Shown piece by piece: positions 8,275-17,825 of a stretch of 55,224 bases of DNA. The stretch comes from Gammaproteobacteria bacterium (GTDB lineage Bacteria; Pseudomonadota; Gammaproteobacteria; UBA1113): the NCBI GenBank assembly GCA_009885935.1, contig VFJT01000063.1, positions 1 through 55,224 on the forward strand, read 5' to 3'. Made by a program: the position numbers and the translations under genes. Under the pieces are notes generated by a model. It saw only the letters and a program-made list of their open reading frames with translations. It was not told the origin of the DNA and did no database searches. The stretch's first letter is position 1; each line of letters begins with the position of its first letter.

Positions 8275-9587
8275 ACTGCATACCTTCTTTTATTCCACAA
8301 TACCCAGCTGTATGCTGGTATGCCTAATAATAGCACAATTAAGCCCCAAAAGACTATCCTATTCCCTTCGCCTAAAATCGCCCAAAAAATATAACCCATC
8401 ACGGCAATACTCATAAACGTTTCCAATTTATGATATTTATTTGTTTTGACCGTTTCATCTTGGAGAAAAACACTTAAAGCCACAGCCGAATATAAATAAG
8501 GTAATAGCGTTAAAAAGACTGCTACCGAAGCAATGATCTGGAATTGTTTCCCTAGATTAGTCGAGTGTGTTAATAACAGTAAAATAGTCATCAAGACACT
8601 AATAACGATTAAACCTTTGGCAGGCACATCCTGGCGATTGACCTTAGCAAATACCTGCGGAAACAATTTATCATCGGCGGCGGCTTTCGCAGACCCCCCT
8701 ACCAATAAAATCCAACCGCCTAAAGATCCCAAGCAAGCCACAATTGCACAGACACTGACTATTCGCCCTGCCGTTTCGCCTAAAGTCATTGTCGCCACCA
8801 ATGAAAATGGCGCCGAGGAATGCGCCAATAAGGCGTTGGGAACAACTCCCATAATTGCCGCCGAGCTTAAGCAATAGACTATAGCTGCAATCAAGGTACC
8901 CGCTATGGTCGCTATAGGCACATCTCTTTTAGGATTGCTAGACATGCCCGCACACACTGCCGCCGATTCCACGCCTATAAAAGCCCACAAGGTTAATGCC
9001 GCAGAATGGCTAATAGCCCAAAAATCGCTGTGCGCACTAACATTATAAGCGCTCATAAAGGTCGTTTTATCAAACCAAAACCAGCCCAACGCTGCCGTAC
9101 CGATTAAAGGTATAAACATGACGCAGCTGGTAAAAGAAATAAGCCTACCCAATGTTCTAGCACCAAAGAAATTGACGATGGTAAAAAACCAAATGGCGCC
9201 AATACTCGCAAAAACACTGGGCCAGCCGTGTGCTAATAGCGGGAAAAAGAAACTCAAATATCCCACGCCCGCTATAGCAATACCCACATTGCCTACCCAA
9301 TTGGCTAACCAATAGATATAAATGGTTTGAAAGCCTAGATAATCACCAAAAGCACCCTTGGCATACGCGTAGGGACCGCCTGCTTTAGGCAAACGTAAAG
9401 CCAAGCGCGCAAACAACCAAGCCAACGCTAAAGCGCCTACCGTGGTTATCAGCCAACCTATAATGCTGATACTGCCTACATTCGCTAAACTAGCCGGTAA
9501 TAGGAAAACGCCAGAACCCATCATGTTGCTCGCTACCAATGCAGTTAACATGATAGGGCCCATCGTATTAGCTTTTTTAAGTTGCAT
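8271..9587 (-). CDS. APC-family amino acid:polyamine antiporter (CadB/PotE/AdiC-like)
   Basis: About 12 TM segments, with SGVFLLPASLA near the N-terminus. Start revised to ATG 9587 (GAGGG SD 7 nt upstream). Overlaps the decarboxylase start by 4 nt. Confidence 0.85.
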   Translation of the reverse strand: MQLKKANTMGPIMLTALVASNMMGSGVFLLPASLANVGSISIIGWLITTVGALALAWLFARLALRLPKAGGPYAYAKGAFGDYLGFQTIYIYWLANWVGNVGIAIAGVGYLSFFFPLLAHGWPSVFASIGAIWFFTIVNFFGARTLGRLISFTSCVMFIPLIGTAALGWFWFDKTTFMSAYNVSAHSDFWAISHSAALTLWAFIGVESAAVCAGMSSNPKRDVPIATIAGTLIAAIVYCLSSAAIMGVVPNALLAHSSAPFSLVATMTLGETAGRIVSVCAIVACLGSLGGWILLVGGSAKAAADDKLFPQVFAKVNRQDVPAKGLIVISVLMTILLLLTHSTNLGKQFQIIASVAVFLTLLPYLYSAVALSVFLQDETVKTNKYHKLETFMSIAVMGYIFWAILGEGNRIVFWGLIVLLLGIPAYSWVLWNKRRYAV

Positions 9588-10053
9588 GATATGCCCTCGA
9601 AACTTCTTTTCTAGTATACCGTCCCAACAACATTCTGTGTGAGGGATCAACCAGAAACTTATTGTGTAATGCTTCGCGCCCCAATAACATTCTAAACTTC
9701 ATCAGGTCACGATTCGACAAGGTTAATTCAATAGGATAAGACAAAAGGCCTAAGGTTAATTCCGTCATAATGACGTAACGATGTTCTGTATGCCCAGTAG
9801 AACTCATCACTTCACGTTCATCGATTACTTTTGCTTGACAGGTTTGAATGATCTTATGACTTCCTTGCAAAGGGTGAATTTCAAATTCAACCCATTTGTG
9901 TGTGTTTTTCATAAATGGCGTTATATTAAAGGCATGTAACGCAGATGTTTTTGCACCCGTATCAATTTTAGCTTTAATATAAGGGATATGAAGCAAGGGC
10001 ATGCCGCACCACTCTTGCCATCCCAACAATAATTTTTTAACGATCCTAACCAT
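9577..10053 (-). CDS. RimK-associated retropepsin-like protease (DUF785, RimB-like)
   Basis: [32 protein letters not shown] carries the D-T-G motif. Start revised to ATG 10053, which overlaps the rimK stop by 8 nt. Confidence 0.8.
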   Translation of the reverse strand: MVRIVKKLLLGWQEWCGMPLLHIPYIKAKIDTGAKTSALHAFNITPFMKNTHKWVEFEIHPLQGSHKIIQTCQAKVIDEREVMSSTGHTEHRYVIMTELTLGLLSYPIELTLSNRDLMKFRMLLGREALHNKFLVDPSHRMLLGRYTRKEVSRAYHAT

Positions 10054-10978
10054 GATAGGGTTTATCGGGGTGCAAAGGTTTGGCATTCTTTTCAATATGC
10101 GCATAAATCATTCCGGCTACATTCTTGCCGGTGGCAGCTTCAATGCCTTCTAATCCAGGAGAAGCGTTGACCTCCAATACTAAGGGGCCCCGTTTAGAAC
10201 GCAATATATCCACACCCGCTAAATTAAGGCCAATAATTTTGCTGGCTTTAAGAGCGGTTTCTTTTTCAAGCGCATCTAATACGATAGAACGGGTACTGCC
10301 GCCTTGATGCACATTGGAGCGAAATTCCCCACTTTGTGCTTTACGCAACATGCTAGCAACTACTTTATTGCCGATGACCAAACACCTTAAATCTTCGCCA
10401 TTGGCCTCAGAAATAAATTCTTGCACGATAATATTGGCGTTTAATCCCATTAAAGTTTGCATCACACTAGAAGCCGCCGCATAGGATTCCGCCAGCACAA
10501 CGCCCACGCCTTGCGTGCCTTCCAGTAATTTAATCACCACCGGTGGCCCACCCACCATTTTTATCAAAGCGCTGATATCTTTAGATTGATGCGCAAAACC
10601 CGTAATCGGCATGCCTATGCCCTTCCTACAGAGTAATTGCAGCGACCGTAATTTATCGCGCGCACGCGTAATCGATAAGGCTGAATTGATGCAATACATA
10701 CCTTTTGTTTCTAGCTGCCGTACTATAGCTGTACCATAAAAAGTGCGCTTAGCGCTGATGCGGGGAATAATGGCATCAAAATTCGATAATTTTTGGTCTT
10801 TATAATAGACATCGGCCCCAGATGGAGTGATATTGACATAACAGGACAAATAGTCAACCACAGTCACACGATGGCCTCTTTTTTTACCTTCTTCTACTAA
10901 ACGACGTGTTGAATACAACTCATCATTCAGTGATAAAATGGCTATATTCATACTTTTTTTGGATGTCATAATACTCAC
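10046..10978 (-). CDS. rimK: ATP-grasp alpha-L-glutamate ligase RimK
   Basis: Collinear with E. coli RimK (MNIAILS..., [34 protein letters not shown]). The true start is probably ATG 10969 or 10951 rather than GTG 10978. Confidence 0.92.
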   Translation of the reverse strand: MSIMTSKKSMNIAILSLNDELYSTRRLVEEGKKRGHRVTVVDYLSCYVNITPSGADVYYKDQKLSNFDAIIPRISAKRTFYGTAIVRQLETKGMYCINSALSITRARDKLRSLQLLCRKGIGMPITGFAHQSKDISALIKMVGGPPVVIKLLEGTQGVGVVLAESYAAASSVMQTLMGLNANIIVQEFISEANGEDLRCLVIGNKVVASMLRKAQSGEFRSNVHQGGSTRSIVLDALEKETALKASKIIGLNLAGVDILRSKRGPLVLEVNASPGLEGIEAATGKNVAGMIYAHIEKNAKPLHPDKPYHG

Positions 10979-12369
10979 TTATTTAATTGAGGCTTTGTGC
11001 AATAGTCTTGCACAAAGGTCAGTATTGCATTTAAGCCCATAGCCTCACCGCCTTGTGGACGACCGGGCTGACTACTCAGATTATACGCCATTAAATCAAT
11101 ATGGATCCACGGTATAGTCTTAGGGGCAAATTCTTGCAAAAATAGTGCCGCCGTAATAGCACCAGCGTATGAACCACCGCTGTTACTGATATCGGCAACG
11201 GGGCTTTTGAGGTAGTCCTTGTAAGGTGCATATAAAGGCAATGGCCATAACCATTCGCCTGTTTTATCACTGGCTGCCATGATATCCATTTGTAATTGCC
11301 TATCGCTGCAGAAAAACACAGGGATATCCGGCCCTAGAGCCACCTTTGCCGCACCCGTTAGCGTGGCTATATCGATCACCAAACAGGCTTCTTCCGATAA
11401 AGCCGCTTCCAACAATGCATCTGCCAAAATAAGGCGCCCTTCGGCATCGGTATTGCCTATTTCCACCGATAGCCCATTGCGTGCCACATACACATCGCCC
11501 GGCTTAAACGCGTTAGCACTGATCACATTTTCAACCGCAGGAATTAGGATGCGCAATTGTATGGGTAATTGTTGCAACAAAATCATGTGTGCCAAACCCA
11601 AAACATGCGCGGCACCGCCCATATCTTTTTTCATCAAAAACATATTGTCGGCGGATTTAATATCCAGCCCACCTGAATCAAAACACACCCCTTTGCCGAT
11701 CAAGATCAATAAAGGATCTTGTGGCTTACCCAAACGCATATCGATTAACCTAGGCTCACGATCACTCCCTCTGCCTACGGCATGTATCAATGTATAGCCT
11801 TGCGCCAACAAGTCGGCACCGACAATCTCTTCCATGGTCCCGGAAAAACGCTGACAAAAATTTCGGCAATAATCCGCGAGTTCTGCGGGCCCTAGATCTT
11901 CTGCGGGCGTATTGACCAAGTCACGAACCAGTTCAATGCTTTCTACCCATTGCAGTGCCTGGCGATCGCTTTCCTGTACATGCAGGCAAGATTTTTCTTT
12001 TTGATTAAGCGTACGATAGCGATTAAATTGATACTGCGCCAAACCCCAAGCCGTGGTTAATTGACACAAGGCAGCAAGACTTAAGCCATCGCGCAAAAAT
12101 ACATAATCGCCTACGGGCAATTGCGTTGCCATAGCGGCACCACTCAAACGTTTTTCAGGAGCATTGCAAATAAGCAGTACTTCTGTAACAGCGCCCTCTG
12201 CATTGGCGATGTATGTCCATTTTTCATTTTCAGCGACAAAACGGCTACTGTGCAGCCATTTTTTTATAGGCTCGCTTTGCTGATTTAACCAGGTTTCATA
12301 AGCAGCTGTAGTCAATACGCGTATGGGCGTTGCCTCAGTGCTAACGTCATAAAACTTAAATACTGACAT
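10975..12369 (-). CDS. M17 leucyl aminopeptidase family protein
   Basis: [18 protein letters not shown] and NTDAEGRL metal-site motifs. 464 aa with a short N-terminal domain. Confidence 0.88.
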   Translation of the reverse strand: MSVFKFYDVSTEATPIRVLTTAAYETWLNQQSEPIKKWLHSSRFVAENEKWTYIANAEGAVTEVLLICNAPEKRLSGAAMATQLPVGDYVFLRDGLSLAALCQLTTAWGLAQYQFNRYRTLNQKEKSCLHVQESDRQALQWVESIELVRDLVNTPAEDLGPAELADYCRNFCQRFSGTMEEIVGADLLAQGYTLIHAVGRGSDREPRLIDMRLGKPQDPLLILIGKGVCFDSGGLDIKSADNMFLMKKDMGGAAHVLGLAHMILLQQLPIQLRILIPAVENVISANAFKPGDVYVARNGLSVEIGNTDAEGRLILADALLEAALSEEACLVIDIATLTGAAKVALGPDIPVFFCSDRQLQMDIMAASDKTGEWLWPLPLYAPYKDYLKSPVADISNSGGSYAGAITAALFLQEFAPKTIPWIHIDLMAYNLSSQPGRPQGGEAMGLNAILTFVQDYCTKPQLNK

Positions 12370-13493
12370 TACTCAGAGCCACACAAGGCTTCTAGAGCGG
12401 GAACATAGGCCTTATTTAAAGCTTCGGCAACGGCTTTATACGTGATATGACCATGATAGACATTAAGACCATTCAACAAATGGGGATCTTCTAACAACGC
12501 TTGTTTCACCCCTTTATTTGCTAATGCCAACACAAAAGGCAAAGTCGCATTGTTTAAAGCAAAGGCTGCGGTACGCGGCACGGCACCAGGCATATTGGCA
12601 ACACAATAATGAATGATGCCTTCTACTTCATAGGTAGGCTCAGCATGCGTGGTGGCACGACTGGTTTCAAAACACCCGCCCTGATCGATAGCCACATCCA
12701 CTAATACGGACCCTTTGCGCATCTGCTTTAAATGCGCGCGTGTAACCAATCGCGGCGCTGCAGCGCCCGGGACCAATACGGCACCGATAACCAAATCCGC
12801 ATTCACCACCGCTTTGTCTATAGCATGTACGGTGGCATATAGGGTATTGAGTCTAGAAGCAAACTGTAAATCCAATTCTTTTAAACGCTTTAAGGATTTA
12901 TCAATTACTGTGACATGGGCTTCTTGACCTATGGCCATACGAATTGCATTCGTTCCTACCACGCCGCCACCCAATATAACAACTTTGGCCGAAGCCACAC
13001 CGGGAACGCCGCCTAATAAAACACCACTGCCGCCTTGCGGTTTTTCCAAAGAATGCGCACCGGCTTGAATAGCCATGCGCCCTGCGACTTCACTCATAGG
13101 CGATAACAACGGCAAGCCTTGATATGCATCGGTCACTGTTTCATAAGCAATCGCACAACACTGCGATGCCAGCAATAATTCGGCTTGTTCTGGATCCGGT
13201 GCCAAATGCAAATAGGTAAACAGCGTGTGATCTTTGGTTAACATTTTGCATTCAACCGGCTGCGGCTCTTTGACCTTAACGATCAATGAGGCAGAAGAAA
13301 AAACATCGGTTGCTCGCGGTAGAATTTTAGCGCCTGCGGCCACATATTCTGCATCACTGATACCGCTACCCAGGCCTGCATTGGTTTCCACAAAGACTTC
13401 ATGGCCACAACTCGTTAATTCCTGCACGCTAGACGGTACCAAAGCGACACGATTTTCTAGGGTTTTAATTTCTTTAGGTAAACCAATTCGCAT
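12369..13493 (-). CDS. ald: Alanine dehydrogenase
   Basis: MRIGLPKEIKTLENRVALVP. NAD fold VVILGGGVVG. 374 aa. Its TAA overlaps the ATG of the next gene (TAATG). Confidence 0.92.
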   Translation of the reverse strand: MRIGLPKEIKTLENRVALVPSSVQELTSCGHEVFVETNAGLGSGISDAEYVAAGAKILPRATDVFSSASLIVKVKEPQPVECKMLTKDHTLFTYLHLAPDPEQAELLLASQCCAIAYETVTDAYQGLPLLSPMSEVAGRMAIQAGAHSLEKPQGGSGVLLGGVPGVASAKVVILGGGVVGTNAIRMAIGQEAHVTVIDKSLKRLKELDLQFASRLNTLYATVHAIDKAVVNADLVIGAVLVPGAAAPRLVTRAHLKQMRKGSVLVDVAIDQGGCFETSRATTHAEPTYEVEGIIHYCVANMPGAVPRTAAFALNNATLPFVLALANKGVKQALLEDPHLLNGLNVYHGHITYKAVAEALNKAYVPALEALCGSE

Positions 13494-13517
13494 TTTTATG
13501 CTCCTATTTATATAAAC

Positions 13518-14453
13518 TTACGGTAATTTTGCTAATAACTCGGGGATAATTTTAAATAAATCGCCCACTAGGCCATAATCGGCAATTTGAAAGATGGGGG
13601 CTTCGGCATCTTTATTGATGGCGACAATAACGCGACTGTCCTTCATGCCCGCTAAATGTTGTATCGCACCGGATATGCCTATGGCGATATACAGATCAGG
13701 CGCAACCACCTTACCGGTTTGCCCCACTTGGTAATCATTGGGCACAAAGCCCGCATCTACTGCCGCGCGCGACGCCCCTACCGCTGCATTCAACTTATCG
13801 GCTAATTGTTCTATTAAGGCAAAATTTTCTTTATTCTGTAAACCACGGCCACCGGAAATAACCACTTTGGCCTGTCCTAATTCAGGACGCTCGCTTTTGC
13901 TTTCTATTCTCTTGATTAATTTTGTTTTTTCTAAAGCATATACCGTATCGCATATACTCAACTCAGCCAATTCTGCTTTTGTGGTTATAGCCGCATTAAA
14001 AGCACTGCTGCGTACAGTGAGTAAACGTATGGCATCGTGCATAGACACTGTAGCCAAGGCATTGCCCGCATAAATGGGACGTATAAAAGTATTCGCATCC
14101 ACAATTTCAATAATGTCAGAGGCCATGCTGACTTGCAGTAATCCTGCCAATCGCGGCAATAAATCTTTACCAAAGGTGGAAGCCGCCGCTAAAATATGGC
14201 TATAGGAACTACTTAAAGACTGTAATAACAAAGCTAAATTTTCAGCCAATTGATCTTGATAGACTTCATGATCAGCAACAATAACGCGGCTAACTGCGGC
14301 TAAAGTACGTACTTTTTCAGCTACAGCCTGACAGCGATAGCCTGCAACCAACACCTCTATAGGCAACGCCAATTTTTCGGCGGCCACAATCGTCGCCACA
14401 GTACTTGCTTTTAAGTGTTCATTATCGTGTTCAGCAATGACCAATATTTTCAT
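13518..14453 (-). CDS. etfA: Electron transfer flavoprotein subunit alpha
   Basis: 311 aa. Typical C-terminal FAD motif [22 protein letters not shown]. Confidence 0.93.
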   Translation of the reverse strand: MKILVIAEHDNEHLKASTVATIVAAEKLALPIEVLVAGYRCQAVAEKVRTLAAVSRVIVADHEVYQDQLAENLALLLQSLSSSYSHILAAASTFGKDLLPRLAGLLQVSMASDIIEIVDANTFIRPIYAGNALATVSMHDAIRLLTVRSSAFNAAITTKAELAELSICDTVYALEKTKLIKRIESKSERPELGQAKVVISGGRGLQNKENFALIEQLADKLNAAVGASRAAVDAGFVPNDYQVGQTGKVVAPDLYIAIGISGAIQHLAGMKDSRVIVAINKDAEAPIFQIADYGLVGDLFKIIPELLAKLP

Positions 14454-15208
14454 GCTATCACCTTTGCTTCGTTTCTTAACTTATCCAATAAAGCATCGAC
14501 TGAATCCACCATAATCCCTGCTTCACGTGTTTTAGGCGCCGCTACGGATAATACTTTGAAAGCTGTTTGTGTAGGTACCGCCAGTTCTTCTACAGTGATG
14601 GTCGTTAATGGTTTTTGTTTGGCACGCATAATGTTGGGTAATGAGGCATAACGCGGCGTATTCAAACGCAGATCGGTAGTAATCACCGCAGGTAGCTGAG
14701 CGTATAGAACTTCTAAACCGCCATCGATTTCGCGAGTAACTTCTACAGAAGTTCCACCGTCTAGTATCTTAACTGCACTGGCGAAGGTGCATTGCGGCCA
14801 TGACAATAATGCCGCTAACATTTGTCCCACTTGATTATTGTCATCGTCTATGGCTTGTTTACCCATGATGACCAATTGCACGGCTTCGCGCACAACGATC
14901 TGTTGTAAAATGCGCGCCACCGCCAAAGGTTGTAGCATGTCGTCGCAAGGCACGAATAGTGCATTGTCTATACCCAAAGCCAAAGCTGCGCGCAGATTTT
15001 CTTGACTCGCCACATTGCCTAGTGCAATAACCGTAGTACTCGTCGCTATACCTTGCTCTTTTAGGCGTACCGCTTCTTCTATAGCAATTTCATCGAAAGG
15101 ATTGGTGCTCATCTTGACGTTAGTTGTTTCTACGCCGCTGCCATCAGCGCGCACCCGAATTTTGACATAAGGATCAACGACTCGTTTAAGGGCCACTAAG
15201 ACTTTCAT
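14450..15208 (-). CDS. etfB: Electron transfer flavoprotein subunit beta
   Basis: 252 aa. MKVLVALKRVVD...NPFDEIAIEEA. Overlaps etfA by 4 nt. Confidence 0.93.
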   Translation of the reverse strand: MKVLVALKRVVDPYVKIRVRADGSGVETTNVKMSTNPFDEIAIEEAVRLKEQGIATSTTVIALGNVASQENLRAALALGIDNALFVPCDDMLQPLAVARILQQIVVREAVQLVIMGKQAIDDDNNQVGQMLAALLSWPQCTFASAVKILDGGTSVEVTREIDGGLEVLYAQLPAVITTDLRLNTPRYASLPNIMRAKQKPLTTITVEELAVPTQTAFKVLSVAAPKTREAGIMVDSVDALLDKLRNEAKVIA

Positions 15209-15329
15209 AAAGGTCCAAAATTATACTATTCATGACGCTAGTATACCCGGATCCTCGGCTTTTGCAAAATAGTCTCATCATCAATGCTAAAATTAACTAT
15301 ACTATATATACTATCATTGGGAGCAAATT

Positions 15330-15803
15330 ATGAGCAAAGAAAGAGAACGTACCGTTGCCATGTCTGAAATCATGGTACCGCAAATGGCCAACTTCTTAGG
15401 CAATGTACATGGCGGCTGGTTATTAGGCTTTTTAGACCGTGTTGCCTATGTCTGCGGCGCACGCTATTGTGGCCTAAATTTAGTGACTTTATCCGTTGAC
15501 CAGGTATTTTTTAAAGAGCCTATTTACGTGGGTGAATTATTAACCTGCTATGCCAGCGTCAATTATGTGGGTAAAACCTCTATGGAAATCGGCATACGCG
15601 TCATCACCGAAAACCTGCAAACGGGGCAAATTCGCCATACCAACACCTGTTATATAACCATGGTCGCCATAGGTGACAACCAGAAGCCCATTCCCATCCC
15701 GGCCTTAATTTTACACAATGAGGACGAAAAAAGACGTTTTAATGAAGCCTTAATACGTAGGCAGATGCGCCTGGCCTTATACAAGGATAAAGACCCTACT
15801 TAA
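15330..15803 (+). CDS. Acyl-CoA thioesterase (hotdog fold, YciA-like)
   Basis: ANFLGNVHGGWLLGFLDRVAYVCGARY and the 157-aa size fit the family. Confidence 0.8.
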   Translation: MSKERERTVAMSEIMVPQMANFLGNVHGGWLLGFLDRVAYVCGARYCGLNLVTLSVDQVFFKEPIYVGELLTCYASVNYVGKTSMEIGIRVITENLQTGQIRHTNTCYITMVAIGDNQKPIPIPALILHNEDEKRRFNEALIRRQMRLALYKDKDPT

Positions 15804-15917
15804 GCCCTAAATTTGCAAAATGGCTATAAAAGGGTTACACTATTGTATAAGTATTATACATTTTATGGCTCGTGTTTGTACTTTCTCTTAAAAATCAGCC
15901 ATATGGGGTAAAATGCC

Positions 15918-17552
15918 ATGTCACAACATCATAAGGCTACACAGAACGAGAAGCGCTACCAGCCTCCTAACTACTTTAATAAGAAACTCTGTGCTGCGCA
16001 TACCAATATCGCTGCAACAGCACATATGGCTGGAGAGAATAATTACAAAAAACGCTCTTCATTTGGTAACTTCCACCAGCATGTTAAGATTGCTTTTGCT
16101 CTAGGGGTAGGTGCTATAGGCGTACTAGCGCTCATGCCACCGGCACAAGGAAAGCTCCCTAGCACCTATAAAATGGATAAAAAGAAAACCCTGGTGAAAA
16201 ATAGCCCACAGAATAGCTGGCTGAATAGATCGCTGAATAGATCGCAAAATAGCTCGCAGAATATATGGAAGCAAATTGCCAAAGATTTTACCTTATCAGC
16301 CTACGCAAATAATCCGGCAGTGTTACAACAAATTCGCTTGTATCAAACGAATCCAAAATCGTTCGCTGATATGGCCAACAAAGCCGCCCCTTATCTTTAT
16401 TACATACATCAACAAGTAAAAGAAAAAGGGTTGCCTGGTGAGTTGGTATTATTACCTATTATTGAAAGTGCTTATAATCCCTTTGCTTCCTCTCCCGTGG
16501 GTGCAGCTGGTCTATGGCAATTGATGCCAGGAACAGGTTCCGATCTGGGTTTAAAACACAATGCTGGCTTTGATGGTAGGCGCGACGTCATCGGCTCCAC
16601 ACAAGCAGCGCTCAGCTACTTAACTCATTTGGATAAAATTTTTGATAAAAACTGGTTGCTCGCCTTGGCCGCCTATAACTCTGGTCCTGGAACCGTATTA
16701 AAAGCAGATAAAAGCAATAAAGGCGATCACAGCAACAGCCAATTCTGGTCGCTGCACTTGCCGAAAGAAACCAGACAATATGTGCCACGCTTACTAGCCG
16801 TTGCCGCTATTATCAGCAATCCTGAAAAGTATGGGATCCACTTGCCAAATGTTCCCAATGAACCCTATTTTGCTAAAGTGGCTGTAGACAAGCCTATGCC
16901 TTTATCCAAAGTGGCTACATTATCCGATACCCCTGTAGCTGAGGTTCATGGCTTAAACCCAGGCTACACGGGTACACAAAATGCGTCCGCTACGCCTAAA
17001 CATATCTTAATTCCTATAGAAAAAGTAGAAACCTTTAAACAAAATATGGATGCACAAGGCAACACAGCCACCGTGCAAACACCTACTGCTACTGCCACAG
17101 ATACAACACCCGCCCCTGCGCCCCTAAACATGAATGTAACCGCCGCAGCTACGCCCGCAACAACGGATGCTGCGCCTGCTCTAGTCACTGACTCGGACAC
17201 CACTACAACGACAACCTATACAGTCGCAACAGGTGATACACTGGGTAAAGTAGCCGCACACAATCACGTTAATCTAAATGACCTAGTCAAATGGAATCAC
17301 TTGTCCCGTAAAAGTGTATTGCATAAGGGTCAGTTACTGACATTAAACACCGCCGCAAATGCACACACAAAAGCCACTGCTACAACCCCAACTAAAGCAA
17401 CGCATAGCGGCACTTATAAGGTTAAAACGGGTGACTCCTTAAGCGTTATTGCCAAAAAACAAGGTGTATCAGTAGCTAGCTTGCGCAAAACCAATCATTT
17501 AAAAAGCGATAATTTAAAAAATGGTCAAGTGTTGACGATTCCTAGTCATTAA
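15918..17552 (+). CDS. mltD: Membrane-bound lytic murein transglycosylase D-like protein with LysM domains, paralogue 1
   Basis: SLT core ESAYNPFA...GLWQLMPGTG...AYNSGPG and two C-terminal LysM repeats (YTVATGDTLGKVA, YKVKTGDSLSVIA). Compared with paralogue 2 it has a ~50-aa N-terminal extension before the signal sequence; the true start may be internal (ATG 16026). Confidence 0.85.
   Translation: MSQHHKATQNEKRYQPPNYFNKKLCAAHTNIAATAHMAGENNYKKRSSFGNFHQHVKIAFALGVGAIGVLALMPPAQGKLPSTYKMDKKKTLVKNSPQNSWLNRSLNRSQNSSQNIWKQIAKDFTLSAYANNPAVLQQIRLYQTNPKSFADMANKAAPYLYYIHQQVKEKGLPGELVLLPIIESAYNPFASSPVGAAGLWQLMPGTGSDLGLKHNAGFDGRRDVIGSTQAALSYLTHLDKIFDKNWLLALAAYNSGPGTVLKADKSNKGDHSNSQFWSLHLPKETRQYVPRLLAVAAIISNPEKYGIHLPNVPNEPYFAKVAVDKPMPLSKVATLSDTPVAEVHGLNPGYTGTQNASATPKHILIPIEKVETFKQNMDAQGNTATVQTPTATATDTTPAPAPLNMNVTAAATPATTDAAPALVTDSDTTTTTTYTVATGDTLGKVAAHNHVNLNDLVKWNHLSRKSVLHKGQLLTLNTAANAHTKATATTPTKATHSGTYKVKTGDSLSVIAKKQGVSVASLRKTNHLKSDNLKNGQVLTIPSH
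16209..16268 (+). repeat. Five in-frame tandem 12-nt repeats (CAGAATAGCTGG-like) inside mltD paralogue 1
   Basis: The units are cagaatagctgg, ctgaatagatcg, ctgaatagatcg, caaaatagctcg and cagaatatatgg. They encode QNSW-LNRS-LNRS-QNSS-QNIW. Paralogue 2 has a single copy (QEIW). Confidence 0.85.
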
Positions 17553-17606
17553 AAAAAGCGAATTCATATCTAGCCCACAGAGCTTAGAAATCAAAACCGT
17601 TTATCT

Positions 17607-17676
17607 GAGCCGCAACCGTCAGGGCGCGGATTTTCAACTAATCACTTTTCCCCCCGCTCCCTGACGGTCGCGGCTC
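17607..17676. repeat. Long GC-rich inverted repeat (about 23-bp arms, 24-nt loop) between the mltD paralogues; likely terminator or dispersed palindromic element
   Basis: GAGCCGCAACCGTCAGGGCGCGG (17607-17629) pairs with CCGCTCCCTGACGGTCGCGGCTC (17654-17676) with 2 mismatches. It lies 55 nt after the mltD-1 stop. Confidence 0.7.
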
Positions 17677-17825
17677 GGAAAATAAATTCATTTCTTGAGT
17701 ATTTGATATTATCCCCCAAAGTTGCAAAAGCCGCCCAAACCAGTTAAACTGCTGACTTAATATTATACAATTTATGGTCTGTATTTTTACTTTCAGTTAA
17801 AAATCAACCAGTTGGGGTGAGTTTC

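Noticed and set aside
8533-8877. Antisense or alternative-frame ORFs inside long conserved genes (for example 8533..8877, 11279..11797, 13738..14073, 21552..22208, 30339..30746, 33308..33631, 36572..36913, 24014..24319)
   Set aside because: Each lies wholly within a strongly supported gene on the opposite strand or in another frame. Their low-complexity compositions (Ala/Ser/Pro/Cys-rich) are typical of antisense reading, and none has a start context.
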